39,754 nucleotides of DNA from a virus (taxonomy: Duplodnaviria; Caudoviricetes), in the IMG/VR virus record IMGVR_UViG_3300024325_000003, positions 1-39,754 of that record, one strand, 5' to 3'. Shown here piece by piece: positions 35,371 to 39,754 of this stretch. The position numbers were made by a program, and so were the translations under genes. The notes beneath the pieces were generated by a model, which did not search any database, was not told the DNA's origin, and saw only the letters and a program-made list of their open reading frames with translations. The first letter of the stretch is position 1. Each line of letters opens with the position of its first letter.

Positions 35371-36026
35371 CCTAATCTCAATCTATTCTTAAGTTCTTGC
35401 ATCTTATCATGTGCTTGCTTTTGGCCAGCTTGGCTAAAATCTGCTTGTGAGGCATAAGGAGCAGTTCCAACGCTTGAAGGTTGATAATATGGTCCTTTCC
35501 TACGTGCATCAACTGTGTCTTGGATAGATGGTTTCTTCTCTTCTGGCTTATGTAAGCCAAATTCCTTTATGTTCTGATAGACGAGTTTTTGTCTTTCGAA
35601 CCCTTCAGGCATCCTAAGAATTGTTTCTGCAAGCTTGGGGCTTCTCTGTGCGAATTTCTCTGCATGACCAAGCACTTCATAGAAGTCTGGATTGTTTTCG
35701 AGCCACATCTCTTGTTTAAGCTCTTCTTTAGCGGCTACTTTTGCCATTTCCATTGCTTTTTGAATATCTGATTGATTCTGTTGAGCAAATTTTCCCATGG
35801 TTCTATTAAGCTTTTTGTTATCTACATATGGCTCTGAATCATCATCTTCAACTTCTTGCTTAGAATGGCTTTGCGCTAAACGTTGAGCCTCTTTTTCTGC
35901 TTCTAATCTTGCCGATCTCTCTTGTGCTAGCTGCTTTTCATACTTTGCCTCAAGCATTCTAAAGTTTAATTCTTTATCGTTTGCTTTTACTTCTGAAACT
36001 GGACTTGGGTTTGTTGGTGCTGTCAT
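35367..36026 (-). CDS. Scaffolding protein (putative)
   Basis: Coiled coil; DKELNFRMLE; located between portal and MCP. Confidence 0.7.
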   Translation of the reverse strand: MTAPTNPSPVSEVKANDKELNFRMLEAKYEKQLAQERSARLEAEKEAQRLAQSHSKQEVEDDDSEPYVDNKKLNRTMGKFAQQNQSDIQKAMEMAKVAAKEELKQEMWLENNPDFYEVLGHAEKFAQRSPKLAETILRMPEGFERQKLVYQNIKEFGLHKPEEKKPSIQDTVDARRKGPYYQPSSVGTAPYASQADFSQAGQKQAHDKMQELKNRLRLG

Positions 36027-36122
36027 GATATCCTTTGCCCTTTACGCTGGACTGCGGTTGGATTAGATTGAATTCAAATTAATTATATAATATATATCAA
36101 TCAAACATGCAAGAGGTAACTC

Positions 36123-36641
36123 ATGAGACTTAACATTTTAGATGCACATGATAGATTGAAAGATCTCAAGAAGAAAGAATTTAGCATAGGTGAATGTTGC
36201 CAAGATCTAATTAATCAAAGGCCATTTGGTGAACATGCGTTTTACATATTTGCTCACCCAAGAACTGATGACGATGGTGTTACTAAAAGAATGATATGGC
36301 AACCGAGGCTTACTAAGCCAAAAGCCCAATCCAACTCAATGCTATTTAAAGCGTATCCTGGAAGTGATTCAATCAAAGTTATATGGATGCTTCCACCTCA
36401 TGAAATGTGGGATCAATATGAGAAAGGATTACTTACAGAGAATGAAACGGTTAGCAATAGCATTTATGATTACAAAAACAATCGGGCTAAACTTGAAATG
36501 AAAGAAGATGATGATCTACCAGATTCAAAGGTAGATGCTATCTATAGAGATTTAGCGTATGCAGCTAGAGAAAAGAAAGTAAAAGAAGCATCTAATAAAG
36601 TGATAGATATTTACAACAACAAGGGAATATTACGAATATGA
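36123..36641 (+). CDS. Hypothetical protein (172 aa), divergent within the head module
   Basis: SD GAGGT; globular composition (IWQPRLTKP, WMLPP). Confidence 0.75.
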   Translation: MRLNILDAHDRLKDLKKKEFSIGECCQDLINQRPFGEHAFYIFAHPRTDDDGVTKRMIWQPRLTKPKAQSNSMLFKAYPGSDSIKVIWMLPPHEMWDQYEKGLLTENETVSNSIYDYKNNRAKLEMKEDDDLPDSKVDAIYRDLAYAAREKKVKEASNKVIDIYNNKGILRI

Positions 36642-36832
36642 TTCATGTTAAACTCTCCCCTGACCTTTTACCCGAAGGTGCTGCATGTATGTGTCTTAAA
36701 GAATTATGCGGTTGGTCGGATGAAAAGTTTGAATCAAAAATGAAAGAAGTCGGCGATTGGGAATTATATCTTAAATTTATGCAAGATTCTTCGGAGGCTT
36801 CCCAATCTTATGAGGAGCAACAGGCTGACTAA
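36638..36832 (+). CDS. Hypothetical protein
   Basis: ATGA coupling; convergent overlap with the next gene. Confidence 0.45.
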   Translation: MIHVKLSPDLLPEGAACMCLKELCGWSDEKFESKMKEVGDWELYLKFMQDSSEASQSYEEQQAD

Positions 36833-36944
36833 TACCATCCTCGCGAATCCTAGCTATAGGATTGCGAATTCCTGTCCCGTAATAATCGCCCATTCCCTTT
36901 GCAGTCGGTGAACAATGTGATTCAACGTGTTTATTAGCCTTCAT
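36777..36944 (-). CDS. Small basic protein (GxxYGxGxRxP motif)
   Basis: MKANKHVESH...GMGDYYGTGIRNPIA; exact ATG uncertain (36944-36950). Confidence 0.65.
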   Translation of the reverse strand: MKANKHVESHCSPTAKGMGDYYGTGIRNPIARIREDGISQPVAPHKIGKPPKNLA

Positions 36945-37260
36945 CATCATCCTGCAATGTATTTCTTCTAGTCTGAGGTAAAACATCTACCACAGATTTA
37001 GGATTTCCTTCATGGCCTACAGGCTGCCTATGACCAACTCCATAATGCGTACCTGCATTAACAAAGTTACTTGATCTTTGATCATATTGAGGACATCTAA
37101 AATCCCAAGGTGAATTCTTTCCGTCTTCTGGCTTACACTCAGGATTTTGATCTTTAATCTTAATCGGATCTGCAAAACCTGATTTATCATTAACTAATGT
37201 ACTCTTTTTTTTCTGTGCAGCCGTATTCTTAACACTTTCAACTGTCTTAGTGCTCTTCAT
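36934..37260 (-). CDS. Small hydrophilic protein (GxxYGxGxRxP motif)
   Basis: NAGTHYGVGHRQPVG; SD AAGGGG. Confidence 0.7.
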   Translation of the reverse strand: MKSTKTVESVKNTAAQKKKSTLVNDKSGFADPIKIKDQNPECKPEDGKNSPWDFRCPQYDQRSSNFVNAGTHYGVGHRQPVGHEGNPKSVVDVLPQTRRNTLQDDDEG

Positions 37261-37341
37261 TTTTACCCCTTAAAAATGGGACTGTACTTCCGGAGGTGTT
37301 CCACTAGAATTCAATGGCTCCTTGTCGCCTTGGTCCCTAAA

Positions 37342-37605
37342 TTAGTTTCTATAGTTAGGCTGCTTCATTGGATGAGCTTTGACTTTCTTAGAGCCTTCCA
37401 TCTGTCCAGCCTTAATAGCTTCTGTAGTATCTTCATACTTCATAACGCTTCCTACGCCTTGAGCTGAACTCTCATCTTTTGTCTTATGTGGTCCATCTGG
37501 AAATCTTGAATCTTTCCCAGGCTTTCCTGCCCAAAAAGAATGATCGTCAATACGTTGTCCGCCACTCTTGAATGAACCTTTGCTTGAATCATCATGTTGC
37601 TTCAT
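37342..37605 (-). CDS. Small basic hydrophilic protein
   Basis: SD GAGGT; immediately after the portal. Confidence 0.7.
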   Translation of the reverse strand: MKQHDDSSKGSFKSGGQRIDDHSFWAGKPGKDSRFPDGPHKTKDESSAQGVGSVMKYEDTTEAIKAGQMEGSKKVKAHPMKQPNYRN

Positions 37606-37618
37606 ATAAACCTCTTGG

Positions 37619-39754
37619 TTATCTCATGGCGCCTTGTGGAGCCTGTTGTTGATTACTACCTTGCATATTAGCATTTCCTAATATTTGCTGCACGAATTCG
37701 TTTGACATCGCTGTACGTTTAGCATCTACTTTTTCCACGTCTTCTTGCTGTTGTTGTTGAAAGTTTACACTATCGAGCTGATTCATCTTAAGCATTGTCT
37801 CAATCTCACCGTATTTAGCTATGACATCTATCATCTTCTCAAGGGCTTCCATCTTCGCTTTTGTTGCCATAGCTCTATTCTGCGTGATCTCGGACAATCT
37901 TTCTTCAAATAGACCAATATCAGCCTCGGCTCTTCCATGTCTTTCACGAGCTGTTGCGAGATTACTTGTTGCCTTACTCATTAATTCCTGCAACTTAGCA
38001 TGTTCAAAGGCATGTGCAACTTGCATTTGTTCGTTCTGAACTTGTGATGCTTGCTGTTCTTGTTGCTCAAGATATTTAACGATCTCGCCTTTTCCTTGAA
38101 TATTCATATCCTTGATAATCATACTAGCAGGTAATACTTCTCTTCCAAACGCAGCATTTATATCCATCATTTGCTGTGCTTGTAAATTCCTTTGAGTAGG
38201 TGTTTCAAGTCCTTCTTCTACAACTGTTTTATATTTAGCAAAGATACGACTAAAGAAATGAGGAGAAATTTGATTAGCTTCCATTCCTATCATCATAGCA
38301 ACTTTTTCAGCATTCCAATTTTGAAGGACTATCTGCAACATACGCTCGCCAAGTATCTTAAGAGATTTATCCCATTGGTCGAAATACTTTTGGAATACCA
38401 TTAAGTTTGCAGCTTGCTTAAGTAATACTGTAAGGCTTGATGTTTGTTTATCTTGTTGCCCAGCCCAATTCTCAAGATTGATCCCAGATACATTATAGAT
38501 TAGATCTGCCATCTGTTGGGCTAATGCCATATCAGATTCAGGAACTCCGCTTGGGATAATCTTCTCAACGTCAGACATATCATATCCTTCGTTAACTATT
38601 ACATCCCATCCTTGACCTGATTTCTTAAGATTGTCTTCATTAGCAACAGCCCCCACCTTACGTTTCCAACCAGCATTTATTGTCGCAGCAGTGATATCGT
38701 TGTTGGTAATAACTTTGTAGTTAAATAGAAACTGAGGTGATCTCATTGGAAATACAAGCGATCTAGATCTTAAATCAAATTGATTGATATGAGGGTCATA
38801 GTTCCAGAAATTAGGAATAAAAGGACACTCTGGACCATCCCATAGAGGGTTATCACCTTGGAACATCAATTGATCATTTAATACCACAGCTAGTTTCCAG
38901 CATGAAGTATCAACAGTTACTTCTTCCATATCCTCAATATGATATAGAATTTGTTCTAGTTGATCATCACCACCTGCAAAGTCGAAGAATTGCTTTCTCT
39001 TCGCTGAATATAATCTCTTCTTCTTCTTATGCCACTTATACCAAACATAGCTCAAAACCATTAAATCATTGCGAGCCATGTTATAGTTCTCAGGAAGGAA
39101 ATAGAAATTACCATATCTCTGTGGAGTTCCGGCCATTGTAGATACATTTAATGTTTTGTCTGGAAATCTAGCTTGTGCTTCTTTCTTGCTAATATATTCC
39201 TGGCACCAAACAAACTGAGCATCACTCATATCAGGATTTCTGAAATATGGATCAACGAGAAATGAATTATATTCCCACACCTTTAATTTAAGCTGTCCTT
39301 GAGCAGGATCGTCACCAGTGAAGTCTAGATATGGCTGTAATAAATTCATGCCCGCCACGGCTGCTAATTCGCAGGATTTAGAGAATTGCTCATCAATCCC
39401 CTCTTTTTGGCATACGTTTTTAATAAGCCTTGTATATTCATCAGTAGTCTGAGGATCTGCTCCATCTGCTGCCTGATATACAATTGATTTGCGATGCTGT
39501 CTTTGATATCCCGTAACCATATTAACAGGTTGCTGAACCAAATTGAAATAGTATTGCTGACTGGTTAATCCAGGGCTGAATGTAAAATTACGATTGATAA
39601 ACGACTGATTTCCCGCATAGAATAGCGTGTCGATATTAGCCTGGTTCCATCTTGATTGTTCTATAGGCTGGAATTTGCTGTAAAGATTGTCTAGCCATTG
39701 CCTTACGTTACCTTGTGAAGGCTCTAAAGCATTGTCCCATGGTGGATAATAAAA
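37619..39754 (-). CDS. Portal protein (P22 gp1-like; continues across the origin, 713 aa total)
   Basis: Follows terL on the circle; PVNMVTGYQRQHR, DMSDAQF, Q-rich barrel C-terminus. Confidence 0.9.
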   Translation of the reverse strand, partial: FYYPPWDNALEPSQGNVRQWLDNLYSKFQPIEQSRWNQANIDTLFYAGNQSFINRNFTFSPGLTSQQYYFNLVQQPVNMVTGYQRQHRKSIVYQAADGADPQTTDEYTRLIKNVCQKEGIDEQFSKSCELAAVAGMNLLQPYLDFTGDDPAQGQLKLKVWEYNSFLVDPYFRNPDMSDAQFVWCQEYISKKEAQARFPDKTLNVSTMAGTPQRYGNFYFLPENYNMARNDLMVLSYVWYKWHKKKKRLYSAKRKQFFDFAGGDDQLEQILYHIEDMEEVTVDTSCWKLAVVLNDQLMFQGDNPLWDGPECPFIPNFWNYDPHINQFDLRSRSLVFPMRSPQFLFNYKVITNNDITAATINAGWKRKVGAVANEDNLKKSGQGWDVIVNEGYDMSDVEKIIPSGVPESDMALAQQMADLIYNVSGINLENWAGQQDKQTSSLTVLLKQAANLMVFQKYFDQWDKSLKILGERMLQIVLQNWNAEKVAMMIGMEANQISPHFFSRIFAKYKTVVEEGLETPTQRNLQAQQMMDINAAFGREVLPASMIIKDMNIQGKGEIVKYLEQQEQQASQVQNEQMQVAHAFEHAKLQELMSKATSNLATARERHGRAEADIGLFEERLSEITQNRAMATKAKMEALEKMIDVIAKYGEIETMLKMNQLDSVNFQQQQQEDVEKVDAKRTAMSNEFVQQILGNANMQGSNQQQAPQGAMR
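39628..39754. repeat. Terminal direct repeat (circular overlap), copy 2
   Basis: Identical to 1-127. Confidence 0.95.

Overview
The window is an apparently complete, circularly permuted dsDNA tailed-phage genome of about 39,627 bp. Bases 1-127 are repeated exactly at 39628-39754, most likely an assembler overlap, and the portal gene runs across the junction. It is AT-rich and uses the standard genetic code. The architecture is podovirus-like: TerS/TerL, portal, scaffold, major capsid protein, adaptor, large nozzle/tail-stabilisation protein, three ejection-like proteins and fibres/spikes, with no tape measure or sheath. Early functions include a lambda O-like initiator with internal iterons, a DnaB helicase, a PD-(D/E)XK exonuclease plus RecT-like recombinase, a RusA-like resolvase, a SpoVG-like putative SSB, a Cro-like regulator and GroES. 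There are four HNH-type nucleases and many micro-ORFs under 60 aa that the ORF track misses. I found no recognisable integrase, CI repressor, endolysin, tRNA, CRISPR array or reverse transcriptase. The most notable signals are: (i) probable non-AUG starts (ACG, ATC) for the portal and adaptor behind good SD sites; (ii) three promoter-to-terminator antisense small-RNA cassettes in the replication/recombination region; (iii) a 19-nt element shared by the scaffold and capsid leaders; (iv) no endolysin but several tiny membrane peptides, which hints at an unusual host (Chlamydiae is an unverified guess). All protein calls come from motif recognition and gene context, not database searches.
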